DNA of 63,035 nucleotides, counting the filler. It is 5 parts of 5 records of this genome, joined end to end, with 100 filler letters (N's around TTAATTAATTAA, not from the genome) between each part and the next. Parts side by side here need not be neighbours in the genome. Positions count along the whole stretch, not along the records: positions 16,642 to 28,533 come from DRR723986_6965; positions 28,634 to 57,156 come from DRR723986_6972; 3 more parts are not named here. One strand, given 5' to 3'. Made by a program: the position numbers and the translations under genes. The notes under the pieces were generated by a model. The model saw only the letters and a list, made by a program, of their open reading frames with translations. It had not been told where the DNA came from and ran no database searches. Shown one piece after another: positions 27,883 through 37,229 of the stretch (the first letter of the stretch is position 1; every line of letters begins with the position of its first letter).

Positions 27883-28533
27883 ACGAAGGCCGCGACCCGG
27901 TCGGCCAGCGCGTCGAGCGCGGGGTCGTCCAGCCGCTCTGCCGCGAAACGCGCCAGCACCTGCGGAGAGACCGCGCGGCAGGACTTGTCATAGGCCGGGT
28001 CGTAGTGATCCTCGGCCAGCGACCGGCAGAGGGCGAGGCGCTCTCCCGCGTCGATCAGCGCGCCCCAGCGATCCACGAGGGCATGGCCGCGGTGGAACCG
28101 CAGCGGGTCGAGCAGCGCCTTCAGCCGAGGCCCGTCCGACAGCACGTCGTCATAGGCCGCATCGAGATAGCGCGCGCGCGCCTCGATGGGGGCCGAGACC
28201 TCGACCCAGGGCGCGACCTTCATGGCCTCCCACAGCGCGGGGGGCAGGTTGATGTCGCCGATCTTGCTGCTTTCGGCCTCGACCACCACCGGCCGCCCGG
28301 GGTCCAGCGCATGCAGCGCCGCGGCCAGCGCCGTTTCGAACCCCTTCTGCGCGGGTTGCCCGCCGGGCCTCTGCCCCAGAAGGGAGCCCCGGTGCCGCGC
28401 CAACCCCTCGAGGTCGAGCACCTGCACGCCGCGCGCCGCGAGACGCGGCAGCAGATCGGTCTTGGCGGTCCCGGTATAGCCGCCGAGCTGGATCAACCTG
28501 TGGGGCAGGGGGCTGTCATAAAGCGCCGCCGAC
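27864..28533 (-). CDS. selU: tRNA 2-selenouridine synthase, C-terminal part (5' truncated)
   Basis: GYTGTAKT P-loop, DLEGLARHRGS, EAESSKIG, HYDPAY; convergent with selD. Confidence 0.92.
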
Positions 28534-28633
28534 NNNNNNNNNNNNNNNNNNNNNNNNNNNNNNNNNNNNNNNNNNNNTTAATTAATTAANNNNNNNNNNN
28601 NNNNNNNNNNNNNNNNNNNNNNNNNNNNNNNNN
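28534..28633. other. Artificial contig spacer
   Basis: N runs flanking TTAATTAATTAA. Confidence 0.99.
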
Positions 28634-28727
28634 CAACTTCGAAGGCCGTCAGGGCCGCGGTGGCCGCACCCATCTGATGAGCCCGGCACTCGCCGCGAAA
28701 GCCGCGATCACCGGCGTGATCGGCTAA
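28634..28727 (+). CDS. leuC: 3-isopropylmalate dehydratase large subunit, 3' end
   Basis: Reads [30 protein letters not shown]; not in the ORF track. Confidence 0.93.
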
Positions 28728-28795
28728 ACCGAGCTTTCAGTTGCTTCTGTGAGGCGGTGGGCGGATAGTCCCGCAGAACCCTTATGGAGGAAGTG

Positions 28796-29782
28796 ATGGC
28801 TGGAACTGTGAAACTGCCCGGCGGGGTAACGCTGGATGCCCCGCGCGGGCGCACTTACGCGTCCATTCTGGAGACGGTCGGCTCGACACCGCTGGTCGCT
28901 GCGCCGAAATTTGCGGCTGACGCGGGCATCAAGTCGAACCTCCTCTTCAAGTGCGAGTTCTTCAATCCGCTCGCAAGCGTGAAGGACCGGATCGGCCTCA
29001 ACATGATCCTGGAACTTGAAGCCGCCGGAAAGATCACGCCCGGAAAAACCGTTCTGGTGGAGCCGACCTCCGGCAATACCGGAATCGGCCTCGCCTTCGT
29101 CGCAGCCAATCGCGGTTACCGTCTGATCCTCACCATGCCGGAATCCATGTCGATCGAGCGCCGGCGCATGCTGGCCTTCCTCGGCGCGGAACTGGACCTG
29201 ACGCCGAAGGAGAAAGGCGTGAACGGCGCCATCGCCAGGGCGGCGGAACTGGTCGCGTCCATTCCGGATGCCGTCATGCCCAGCCAGTTCGACAATCCGA
29301 CCAACCCGGCGATCCATGAGAAAACAACCGCCGAGGAAATCTGGGTGGATACCGATGGCGCGGTCGATGCGGTGATTTCCGGCATCGGCACCGGCGGCAC
29401 GATGACGGGCTGTGCCCGCGCCCTGAAGGCAAGGAAGCCGGGCCTCAAAATGTTCGCGGTGGAGCCGGAAGACAGCCCGGTTCTCTCTGGCGGCGAGCCT
29501 GGCCCGCACATGATCCAGGGCATCGGCGCCGGGTTCATTCCCGGTAATGCCGACACGAGCATGATCGATGAAGTGGTGCAGGTTTCGAATGCCGATGCGA
29601 TGGCGAATGCGCGGAAGCTTGCCAAACTCGAAGGCATTCCGGGCGGCATCTCCTCCGGCGCGGCGGCGACGGCGGCCATCAAGGTCGGCAGCCGGGATGA
29701 CATGGTCGGCAAGACGCTGGTCGTGATCCTGCCGAGCTTTGCGGAGCGTTACGTCTCGACGGCCCTGTTCGAAGGGCTGTAA
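28796..29782 (+). CDS. cysK: Cysteine synthase A
   Basis: SVKDR PLP lysine, TSGNTG, GTGGT, HMIQGIG, ERY. Confidence 0.96.
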   Translation: MAGTVKLPGGVTLDAPRGRTYASILETVGSTPLVAAPKFAADAGIKSNLLFKCEFFNPLASVKDRIGLNMILELEAAGKITPGKTVLVEPTSGNTGIGLAFVAANRGYRLILTMPESMSIERRRMLAFLGAELDLTPKEKGVNGAIARAAELVASIPDAVMPSQFDNPTNPAIHEKTTAEEIWVDTDGAVDAVISGIGTGGTMTGCARALKARKPGLKMFAVEPEDSPVLSGGEPGPHMIQGIGAGFIPGNADTSMIDEVVQVSNADAMANARKLAKLEGIPGGISSGAAATAAIKVGSRDDMVGKTLVVILPSFAERYVSTALFEGL

Positions 29783-29795
29783 ACCTCACCGCGTG

Positions 29796-30275
29796 ATGGC
29801 GCTTCATACCATAGCTCTCTTCGTCCTAGGCCTCGTCATGCTGGCGATGGCCGCAGGACTGGACGCGATGATCCGGCTGGACGTTTCCGGCTGGGTGCAG
29901 CTGCTGCTGGCCGGGTTCGGCATCTATCTCATGGTCATGTCCTGGTTCTCGCTGCGGTTCGACCGGCGCCGGGCGCATGTTCTGGAGACCGGGACGCCCC
30001 AAACCGTGCAGTTCGAGATCAACCGGACATCCGACGGAGAGTCGGCGGCGTTCCTGGCGGAAGTGAAAATCGGCGAAGACGTCTGGATCACGCCGCTGCG
30101 CATTTCGCGCCGGGTACGGAAGCTGCGCAAGCAGGGCGAACTGGAAGGCCAAGCCTGGCTTGACGGGGAAGGGCGGCTTGTGGCGCTCGCCCATGAGGGC
30201 GAACAGCTCCGTGTCATGCCGTTTCCGCGCCGCAAGCGCTTTGGAAGAAAAGACAGAAAGAAGAAAAAGACATGA
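29796..30275 (+). CDS. Hypothetical membrane protein (two N-terminal TM helices, basic tail)
   Basis: Two hydrophobic segments; fills the gap and couples to the next gene. Confidence 0.7.
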   Translation: MALHTIALFVLGLVMLAMAAGLDAMIRLDVSGWVQLLLAGFGIYLMVMSWFSLRFDRRRAHVLETGTPQTVQFEINRTSDGESAAFLAEVKIGEDVWITPLRISRRVRKLRKQGELEGQAWLDGEGRLVALAHEGEQLRVMPFPRRKRFGRKDRKKKKT

Positions 30276-31126
30276 GCCAGCTCGTCACCGGTCTCGACCA
30301 TATCGTCCTCGTCGTGCCCGAGATCGACTCCGGCGCGGCGGTTTATGAAAGCCTGCTCGGCCGTCCGCCGGTCTGGCGCGCTGAGGGAGACGGCGGCGCC
30401 GCGACCGCGATTTTCAAGGAGGCGAACACCAGTCTCGAGCTGATGGCGCCTGCCGGGGAAGGACCGGTGGCGGACCGGTTGCGGGAGATCATCGAGGCCG
30501 AGGGCCCCGGCCTGAAAACGCTGGCCTTCGGCACGGCTGACATTGCGACCACGCATCACAAGCTGACCCGCCGGGGCATGCTGCCAAGCGAGATTGCGCC
30601 GGGCGAGAGCACAAATACGCTGGATGGGGCCACCCGCCGATGGAAACGCTTCCGCTGCGCGGACGATCAGACCGCCGGGGTGAAGACCTTCCTGATCCAG
30701 CCGGAAACGCCATTGCCTCCGCAAACCGATCCGGAAGGCGCGGTGGTCTCGCTCGATCACATCGTCATCGACACGCCGAACCCGGACCGGGCGCTCGGTC
30801 TTTACGGCGCGCGCCTCGGCCTCGATCTCGCACTCGACCGCAACGCCCCGCAATGGAAGACGCGCTTCCTGTTCTTCCGCACCGGCGGGCTGACCTTCGA
30901 AGTGATCCACCGCCTTGGCGAGACGCACGATCCGGCCGGGCCGGACAGGATCTGGGGCCTGACCTGGGAAGTAGCCGATCTTGCCGCCGCGCATGCGCGT
31001 CTTGCGGCGGCTGGATTCAACGTTTCGGAAATGCGCAAGGGCCGCAAACCGGGCTCAAGCGTCTTTACCGTACGCGATGGGACAATGGGCGTTCCGACGC
31101 TTTTCATTGCGCATGAGCCGAAGTAA
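30272..31126 (+). CDS. Two-domain VOC/glyoxalase-family protein
   Basis: Two LDHIV repeats, each followed by a [LF]E[LV] metal-ligand strand. Confidence 0.85.
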   Translation: MSQLVTGLDHIVLVVPEIDSGAAVYESLLGRPPVWRAEGDGGAATAIFKEANTSLELMAPAGEGPVADRLREIIEAEGPGLKTLAFGTADIATTHHKLTRRGMLPSEIAPGESTNTLDGATRRWKRFRCADDQTAGVKTFLIQPETPLPPQTDPEGAVVSLDHIVIDTPNPDRALGLYGARLGLDLALDRNAPQWKTRFLFFRTGGLTFEVIHRLGETHDPAGPDRIWGLTWEVADLAAAHARLAAAGFNVSEMRKGRKPGSSVFTVRDGTMGVPTLFIAHEPK

Positions 31127-31136
31127 GAACGCTGCC

Positions 31137-31766
31137 ATGACACCGTTTACTGAAATCACCGGAACCGCCGCGCCGCTGCTCGAAAAGGGCAAGCCCATGT
31201 CCAATGTCGACACGGACATGATCATCCCGAAACAGTTCCTGAAAACGACCGAGCGCACCGGCCTGTCGAAAGGCCTGTTCTACGAGCTGAAAACGCTGGC
31301 TGACGGTTCGCCAAACCCGGATTTCGTGCTCAACAAGCCGGAATTTTCGAAAGCAGGCATCCTGATCGCCGGCGAGAATTTTGGTTGTGGGTCTTCCCGC
31401 GAGCATGCGCCATGGGCGCTGGCAGACCAGGGCATCTCGGTCATCATCGCGCCGAGCTTCGCCGATATCTTCCACAATAACTGCTACAAGAACGGCATAC
31501 TGCCTGTCCGCCTTCCGGTGGATGTGTGTGAGAAACTCGCGCAACAGGCTGGCGGGTCCAACCACATCTTCTCGGTGGACCTGGAAACGCAGACGGTCAC
31601 GGCGCCTGACGGCGAGACCTACAATTTCGATGTCGATCCGGGCCGCAAGTCCAACCTGCTGCAGGGTCTCGACGAGATCGGCGCCTCGCTGAAGGCCGAA
31701 AACGACATCAACAGCTACGAGGCGACCCGCAAGGTTTCCACCCCGTGGCTTGAGCCGGCGGGCTGA
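31137..31766 (+). CDS. leuD: 3-isopropylmalate dehydratase small subunit
   Basis: NVDTDMIIPKQFL, NFGCGSSREHAPWAL. Confidence 0.97.
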   Translation: MTPFTEITGTAAPLLEKGKPMSNVDTDMIIPKQFLKTTERTGLSKGLFYELKTLADGSPNPDFVLNKPEFSKAGILIAGENFGCGSSREHAPWALADQGISVIIAPSFADIFHNNCYKNGILPVRLPVDVCEKLAQQAGGSNHIFSVDLETQTVTAPDGETYNFDVDPGRKSNLLQGLDEIGASLKAENDINSYEATRKVSTPWLEPAG

Positions 31767-31797
31767 GGCCCGGCCGGCATTCGAGAAGGGACACCCG

Positions 31798-31983
31798 ATG
31801 CCGGACAGACTGAAACCGATCTTCCTCGTGCTGGGCCTGGCCGGTCTCGGCGCCTGCCACAATGATCCGTTCTCGTTAAAGCCGGAAGTGAACGTGACCC
31901 TGCCGGACAAGCCGCCGGCAGATGCCGCGGCGCCTGAAGACAACGATGCTTCAGCCCCCGAAGAAAGCGAACCGGAAGCATGA
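31798..31983 (+). CDS. Small lipoprotein with acidic tail
   Basis: Lipobox LGAC after a hydrophobic stretch; AAGGGA RBS; stop overlaps the next start. Confidence 0.65.
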   Translation: MPDRLKPIFLVLGLAGLGACHNDPFSLKPEVNVTLPDKPPADAAAPEDNDASAPEESEPEA

Positions 31984-32276
31984 TCATCATCGAAGGCACT
32001 GTGAGAGTCCCGCCGGAGCGGGTCGAAGCCACCCGCCCGGCCATGGAAACCATGATCCGCGCCAGTCGTGCGGAAGCTGGCTGTATCGACTATGCCTACA
32101 GTCTCGATGTGCTGGATCCGGGTCTCGTCCGGGTGACGGAGCGCTGGGAAAGCCGGGACGCATTGAGGGCGCATTTCGACACGCCGCACATGGCCTCGTG
32201 GCGTGCTGAAATTGCCGGCCTTGGCATCACGGACCGGTCCTTACGCCTTTACGAGGCAGATCCGGAACCCATTTGA
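31980..32276 (+). CDS. Antibiotic biosynthesis monooxygenase (ABM) family protein
   Basis: SRAEAGCIDY, ERW, AHFDTPHM. Confidence 0.88.
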   Translation: MIIIEGTVRVPPERVEATRPAMETMIRASRAEAGCIDYAYSLDVLDPGLVRVTERWESRDALRAHFDTPHMASWRAEIAGLGITDRSLRLYEADPEPI

Positions 32277-32373
32277 TGCTTCCCGTTTCGGTTGTAAGAA
32301 AATGTGACCAGACTGCCATTGCGCCGGGCGCAACCAGCGGCTACGCATATCGTCCAACAATAAGGATTTGTGC

Positions 32374-32658
32374 ATGAAACGCATTCTCTGTCTCTCCGCG
32401 CTTGGTCTGGCTGCACTCGCGACAGCCTGCGCAACGCCGCCAGCCGGCACCCAAACGGCCGCTGCGAATGTCGGTCCCGATGGCGAACCGCTCGTCTGCC
32501 GCAACATGGAGGTCACCGGTACCCGCTTCCCGCAAAAGGAATGCAAGACCGCTGAGGCCTGGGAGCAGTATGACGAATACACCAAAGGCAATGCGAAAGA
32601 ATCCACGGACAAGTACCAGCGCATTCAGTCCGGCGCCGCGACCAATGCCGGCGGCTGA
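32374..32658 (+). CDS. Small Cys-motif lipoprotein, paralog 1
   Basis: Lipobox ATAC; CRNMEVTGTRFPQKECKTAEAW; TAAGGA RBS. Confidence 0.82.
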   Translation: MKRILCLSALGLAALATACATPPAGTQTAAANVGPDGEPLVCRNMEVTGTRFPQKECKTAEAWEQYDEYTKGNAKESTDKYQRIQSGAATNAGG

Positions 32659-32679
32659 TAGCTGAAGAGGGGGCAAGCG

Positions 32680-32988
32680 ATGAAACTCCGTTCAACCGGG
32701 CTATCGTCACTTGCCCTGTTCTTCTCGATGGCGGGATGCATGACACCCGTTTCCGGGAACTCGTCTGATGAGGCTTCCGCGGCCAAAATCGTGACGGCGG
32801 AAGGCGAAGACGTCATCTGCCGCAGCATTCCGGTAACCGGCACACGTTTCCCGCAGAAGATCTGCAAGACGCAGGCAGCCTGGGACGCCTTCGACGATTA
32901 CACCAATGACAACGCCAAGGAGCAGACGGACAAGTTCCAGCGTCTGAACTCGGGCTGCTCAACACAGGCACAGGGAAGCTGCTCCTGA
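32680..32988 (+). CDS. Small Cys-motif lipoprotein, paralog 2
   Basis: Lipobox MAGC; CRSIPVTGTRFPQKICKTQAAW. Confidence 0.82.
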   Translation: MKLRSTGLSSLALFFSMAGCMTPVSGNSSDEASAAKIVTAEGEDVICRSIPVTGTRFPQKICKTQAAWDAFDDYTNDNAKEQTDKFQRLNSGCSTQAQGSCS

Positions 32989-33032
32989 CGTCTCTGTTAG
33001 ATCAGCAATCCATTTCATATTCAGAGAACTAC

Positions 33033-33305
33033 ATGATGAAAAAACTTATTTTCCTCGCGACAGCCGGGCTGGTCCTGACCGCCTGCGCTAGCGGCGCCAA
33101 TGAAAAAATGACTGTCGCGGAGGGGGCTCAGATGGAATGCCGCTCGATCACCGAGTCCGGAACGATCCTGCCCAAGCGCATCTGCAACAACAAGGCGACC
33201 TGGGCCGAGATTGATGAGCGGGACAAGGAAGCGGCCAAGAATGCGATCAATGGTGTGATGTCCCAGCGAGGACAGATGCCGAAGAAAGAAGGTTTCGGCG
33301 GCTGA
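33033..33305 (+). CDS. Small Cys-motif lipoprotein, paralog 3
   Basis: Lipobox LTAC; CRSITESGTILPKRICNNKATW. Confidence 0.82.
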   Translation: MMKKLIFLATAGLVLTACASGANEKMTVAEGAQMECRSITESGTILPKRICNNKATWAEIDERDKEAAKNAINGVMSQRGQMPKKEGFGG

Positions 33306-33311
33306 TCCGAA

Positions 33312-33395
33312 GCCTGTCTGCGTCAAAAACCATGGGTGACAGGGCAGCCCTGCGGGGGTAGAGCCGCACCCATTGGTTTTGCGCAATCTACAGGC
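33312..33395. other. Branched inverted-repeat element directly upstream of leuB
   Basis: GCCTGT/ACAGGC, TGCG/CGCA, AAAACC/GGTTTT, ATGGGTG/CACCCAT enclosing two small hairpins. Confidence 0.55.
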
Positions 33396-33401
33396 CTGAA
33401 C

Positions 33402-34454
33402 ATGCACCAGACACTCCTCCTGCTCCCGGGTGACGGGATTGGTCCAGAAGTCATCGCCGAAGTCCGCCGGGTGGCAGAAGTCGTCGCGCCTGATCTGAAG
33501 CTGGAAGAAGGCCTGGTCGGCGGCGCCTCCATCGATGCGCATGGCGACCCGCTGACGGAAGACACGCTGGCGCATGCACGCCATGCCAGTGCGGTCCTGC
33601 TGGGCGCCGTTGGTGGTCCGAAATGGGTCGGCGCTGCGCGGGACAAGCGCCCGGAAGCGGGCCTGCTGGCATTGCGCAAAGGCCTCGACGTGTTCGCGAA
33701 TTTGCGTCCGGCCTTTTGCTTCCCGGCGCTGGTAGAAGCCTCCAGCCTGAAGCGGGAGATCGTCGAAGGCCTCGACCTGATGATCGTCCGCGAGCTGACG
33801 GGCGGGGTCTATTTCGGTCAGCCACGCGGCATTGACGAGACCAGCGGCATCCGCCGCGGTTATGACACGGCCGTTTACACGCATCCGGAAATAGAGCGCG
33901 TGGCGCACGTGGCCTTCGAGATCGCGCGCGGGCGCCAGGGCAAGGTCTGCTCCGTCGAGAAATCGAATGTCATGGAATCCGGCCTGTTCTGGCGTCAGGA
34001 AGTCACGCTCGCCCATGCCGAAATGGGCGCCGGCGTGGACCTCAGCCACATGTATGCAGATGCCTGCGCGATGGAACTCGTGCGGGCTCCGAAACAGTTC
34101 GACGTGATCCTCGCGGACAATCTCTTCGGCGACATCCTGTCGGACGAAGCTGCCATGCTGACTGGCTCGATCGGCATGCTGCCGTCCGCGTCGCTTGGTG
34201 CACCGGGCACGCCGGGGCTTTACGAGCCGGTCCATGGCTCTGCGCCGGACATTGCCGGGCAAGGGATTGCCAATCCGTGCGCGGCCATCCTGTCGCTTGA
34301 AATGGCGCTGCGCTGGTCGCTTGGCCGGGAGAAGGCCGCCGACATGCTGTTCGCGGCTGTCGGCAAGGCGCTCGATCAGGGCGCCCGCACAAAAGACCTC
34401 GGCGGTAGCCTCAAGACCCGCGAAATGGCGGACGCTATCATCGCTGCGCTCTGA
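33402..34454 (+). CDS. leuB: 3-isopropylmalate dehydrogenase
   Basis: [44 protein letters not shown]. Confidence 0.97.
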   Translation: MHQTLLLLPGDGIGPEVIAEVRRVAEVVAPDLKLEEGLVGGASIDAHGDPLTEDTLAHARHASAVLLGAVGGPKWVGAARDKRPEAGLLALRKGLDVFANLRPAFCFPALVEASSLKREIVEGLDLMIVRELTGGVYFGQPRGIDETSGIRRGYDTAVYTHPEIERVAHVAFEIARGRQGKVCSVEKSNVMESGLFWRQEVTLAHAEMGAGVDLSHMYADACAMELVRAPKQFDVILADNLFGDILSDEAAMLTGSIGMLPSASLGAPGTPGLYEPVHGSAPDIAGQGIANPCAAILSLEMALRWSLGREKAADMLFAAVGKALDQGARTKDLGGSLKTREMADAIIAAL

Positions 34455-34532
34455 CGGACTGACCTAAGGGAAAGATTGCCCGTCTTCTTTCTGCGTGAGA
34501 GCATTCCCCTAAAAACATGAGGGAGGAATGCC

Positions 34533-35729
34533 ATGTCATACGCCGATGGACGTCTGATCCACGATGCCGACAGCCATTTGATGGAGCCGGCCGATTGTCT
34601 TGATCCGTATTTCGAGAAGCGTTTGCTGGACCGGTTCCTGGCGCTGCCGCGGGTGAAGGAATTGCGCACAGGCGCCAAGGCTGAGCATGTCGGGGAACGC
34701 CTGGCGCTGCAACAGGATGCGGCATTCCGGGCCGAAGCGGACGACAACATCCTCTTGCGGAAGAATTACGATGCGCATGGTGCCTGGCTCCGGCAGGATA
34801 GGCCGCACACGCTGGACAAGCTCGGCTTTGCCAGCCAGCTGGTTTTCACGACGCATTGCCTTGGAAATTTCGGCCTCGATCAGTCGGGCGACATGGAGCT
34901 CTGTTATGCTGTAGCCGATGCGCATAACCGGATGATGACGGACTTTTGCAGCATCGACCGCCGCCTTCTGGCCGTCGCCTATGTGCCGCTGGAAGATTTC
35001 GACCGCTCGCTCGCCACGGCAAAGCTCGCCATTGAGCTTGGCGCAAAGGCGCTGATGGTGCCGAGCCTGTGCCCGCAACACCACTCGCCGAGCCATGTCG
35101 CGCTCGATCCGGTCTGGGCGCTGGCGCAGGAGGCGGGTCTTCCGGTCGTGCTCCATGTCGGCGGGGAGCGGAAGCTCAATCCGATGTACAAGGAAAACGG
35201 CCTGCCGCCGGTACCGGATTTCCATGGCGGCGACGACAATTTCACCTCTGTCTCCTACATGCCGATCCCCGAAGCGGCGATGCAGACGCTGGCGACGCTG
35301 ATCTTCGACGGTGTGTTCGACCGGTTCCCGGACCTGAAATGGGGCGCCATCGAACTTGGCGCGAACTGGGTGCCGGGCTGGATGCGGGCCATGGATTCGG
35401 CGGCTCATGCCTTCATGCGCAATGAGGAGCGCCTGCAGAAACTTTCCGCGAAGCCGTCAGAGATCGTCCGCCGCCAGTTCCGCGCTGCGCCCTATCCGCA
35501 TGAGGACGCCGGCTGGATCGTCCGGGAAGCGGGTGAGGAGATTGCCATGTTCTCCTCCGACTTCCCACATGTCGAAGGCGGACGTAATCCACTGAAGCGG
35601 TTCGATCAGACGCTTGAAGGCCTGCCGGAGAGCGCGGTGAAGGCGTTCTATTCCGGCAATTTCATCGACATGATGGGGGAGGGGCTCGCCCCGGACCTGC
35701 GTGTGCCGGAGCTGCAGCAATCGGCCTGA
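34533..35729 (+). CDS. Amidohydrolase-2 family protein
   Basis: DADSH, VLHVG, IELG, FSSDFPH. Confidence 0.88.
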   Translation: MSYADGRLIHDADSHLMEPADCLDPYFEKRLLDRFLALPRVKELRTGAKAEHVGERLALQQDAAFRAEADDNILLRKNYDAHGAWLRQDRPHTLDKLGFASQLVFTTHCLGNFGLDQSGDMELCYAVADAHNRMMTDFCSIDRRLLAVAYVPLEDFDRSLATAKLAIELGAKALMVPSLCPQHHSPSHVALDPVWALAQEAGLPVVLHVGGERKLNPMYKENGLPPVPDFHGGDDNFTSVSYMPIPEAAMQTLATLIFDGVFDRFPDLKWGAIELGANWVPGWMRAMDSAAHAFMRNEERLQKLSAKPSEIVRRQFRAAPYPHEDAGWIVREAGEEIAMFSSDFPHVEGGRNPLKRFDQTLEGLPESAVKAFYSGNFIDMMGEGLAPDLRVPELQQSA

Positions 35730-35848
35730 TAAGAGGCCGGGTTTGGAAAGGCGCGCGCCGCATTCGTATTGCGGTTGCCTGCGCCTGATCGGACTGGTAG
35801 CTGCCAGAGGGTTCTCCCCGCCGGGGGCCTGCCAGCGAAAGCCTGAAA

Positions 35849-36727
35849 ATGATCCGATCCAGTTCCTCCCTGCCGGCCCGGTGGCTGGTCTGCGCCTGCC
35901 TGTTCCTCGTCGCCTGCGCGAGCGCGCCGGAACCTTCCGACGGGCGGACAGATTTTGAGTTCACGGACTGGGCCGGTCCGGCATTGACCGTCTTTGCGGT
36001 GGAGCCGGAAGGCCTCGCGCTGGATGCGCCGGTCGTGATCGTCATGCACGGCGTGAAACGCAATGCCGACGACTACCGGGACAATTGGGTGGACCTCGCC
36101 AACACCTACGGCTTCCGCATCTACGCCCCCATGTTTGACCAGGCATCCTTTCCGGGGGCTGACTACTACAATCTCGGCGGCGTCGGCACCGATGCATTCA
36201 GCGCTTACGATGCGATCGAGCCGATGTTCGATTTCGTGAGCGCACACCGCGGCGTCACCGCCGGGCACTACACGATCTTCGGCCATTCTGCCGGGTCGCA
36301 ATTCGTGCATCGCTTTGTCTGCTTCGCCGATCCGGCGCGTATGGATCTCGCCATCACGGCAAATGCCGGCTGGTATACGATGCCGACCGACGAAGCCGTA
36401 TGGCCCTACGGGCTTGGCGGGATCGATACGGCTGATTGCAATGTCTCGAGCTGGCTGGTCCGGCCGATGCTTGTCCTGCTGGGCGACCGGGATGTCGACC
36501 CGATGGACCCGAACCTGCGCCGCACACCCGAAGCGCTCGCCCAAGGCCAGACCCGGTTCGAACGCGGTCATAGCTTCTACGACATGGCATCCCGGGTGGC
36601 CGAAGCGCTCGATGTGGAGTTCGGCTGGACGAAACAGGTCGTGCCGGGTGTCGCGCATGACAATCGGGGCATGGCGCTCGCCGCAGCGGATGTCATTGCC
36701 GCCCGCGAAGCGGCGAATGCGCCTTAG
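35849..36727 (+). CDS. Alpha/beta-hydrolase lipoprotein (esterase-like)
   Basis: Lipobox LVAC, MHG, GHSAG nucleophile elbow, VAHD. Confidence 0.82.
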   Translation: MIRSSSSLPARWLVCACLFLVACASAPEPSDGRTDFEFTDWAGPALTVFAVEPEGLALDAPVVIVMHGVKRNADDYRDNWVDLANTYGFRIYAPMFDQASFPGADYYNLGGVGTDAFSAYDAIEPMFDFVSAHRGVTAGHYTIFGHSAGSQFVHRFVCFADPARMDLAITANAGWYTMPTDEAVWPYGLGGIDTADCNVSSWLVRPMLVLLGDRDVDPMDPNLRRTPEALAQGQTRFERGHSFYDMASRVAEALDVEFGWTKQVVPGVAHDNRGMALAAADVIAAREAANAP

Positions 36728-37095
36728 CTGTAATCGGCGATCCGGCAGAGCAAATTGCCGCGGAATTCGAAGAAGCTCGCGCCGCGGACCTTCACGGTTT
36801 CGCCGGCCTTGATGCCGTTCGGCAGGTCGACTGCAGCCTTGCCTTCGAATTCGATTTCGGCGGCGGCCTTGCCGGCACCGGACACGACATTGATCAGCCG
36901 CTGCCGCCGGTAGGAAAAGGCATTTCCGGACAATTCGGCCACCTGGCGCATCATGTCCTTGCCGTCGAGGCGCATGGATCCTCCGGCATTGGAGATGTTT
37001 TCGAACACGACATCGTCGGTCACACAGTCGAGCATGCCGTCAATGTCACGGGCATTATAGCTTTGAATATAGCGGGCAATTACGTCGTCGAGCAT
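36724..37095 (-). CDS. SnoaL/NTF2-like protein
   Basis: YIQSYNARDIDGM...DDVVFE; RIADYS end; GGAGG RBS. Confidence 0.85.
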   Translation of the reverse strand: MLDDVIARYIQSYNARDIDGMLDCVTDDVVFENISNAGGSMRLDGKDMMRQVAELSGNAFSYRRQRLINVVSGAGKAAAEIEFEGKAAVDLPNGIKAGETVKVRGASFFEFRGNLLCRIADYS

Positions 37096-37229
37096 GGGGC
37101 TGGGGCCTCCATATGTGTCTCCGGGAGCCCCTTCGGTCTGCCTGACAGGGGCCGGGATGGCAACAGGCTTTGCGCATCGATCAGAAATGCGCCATAAGCC
37201 CGCCTCGAATTACGAGGAGCGAGAAAGCC

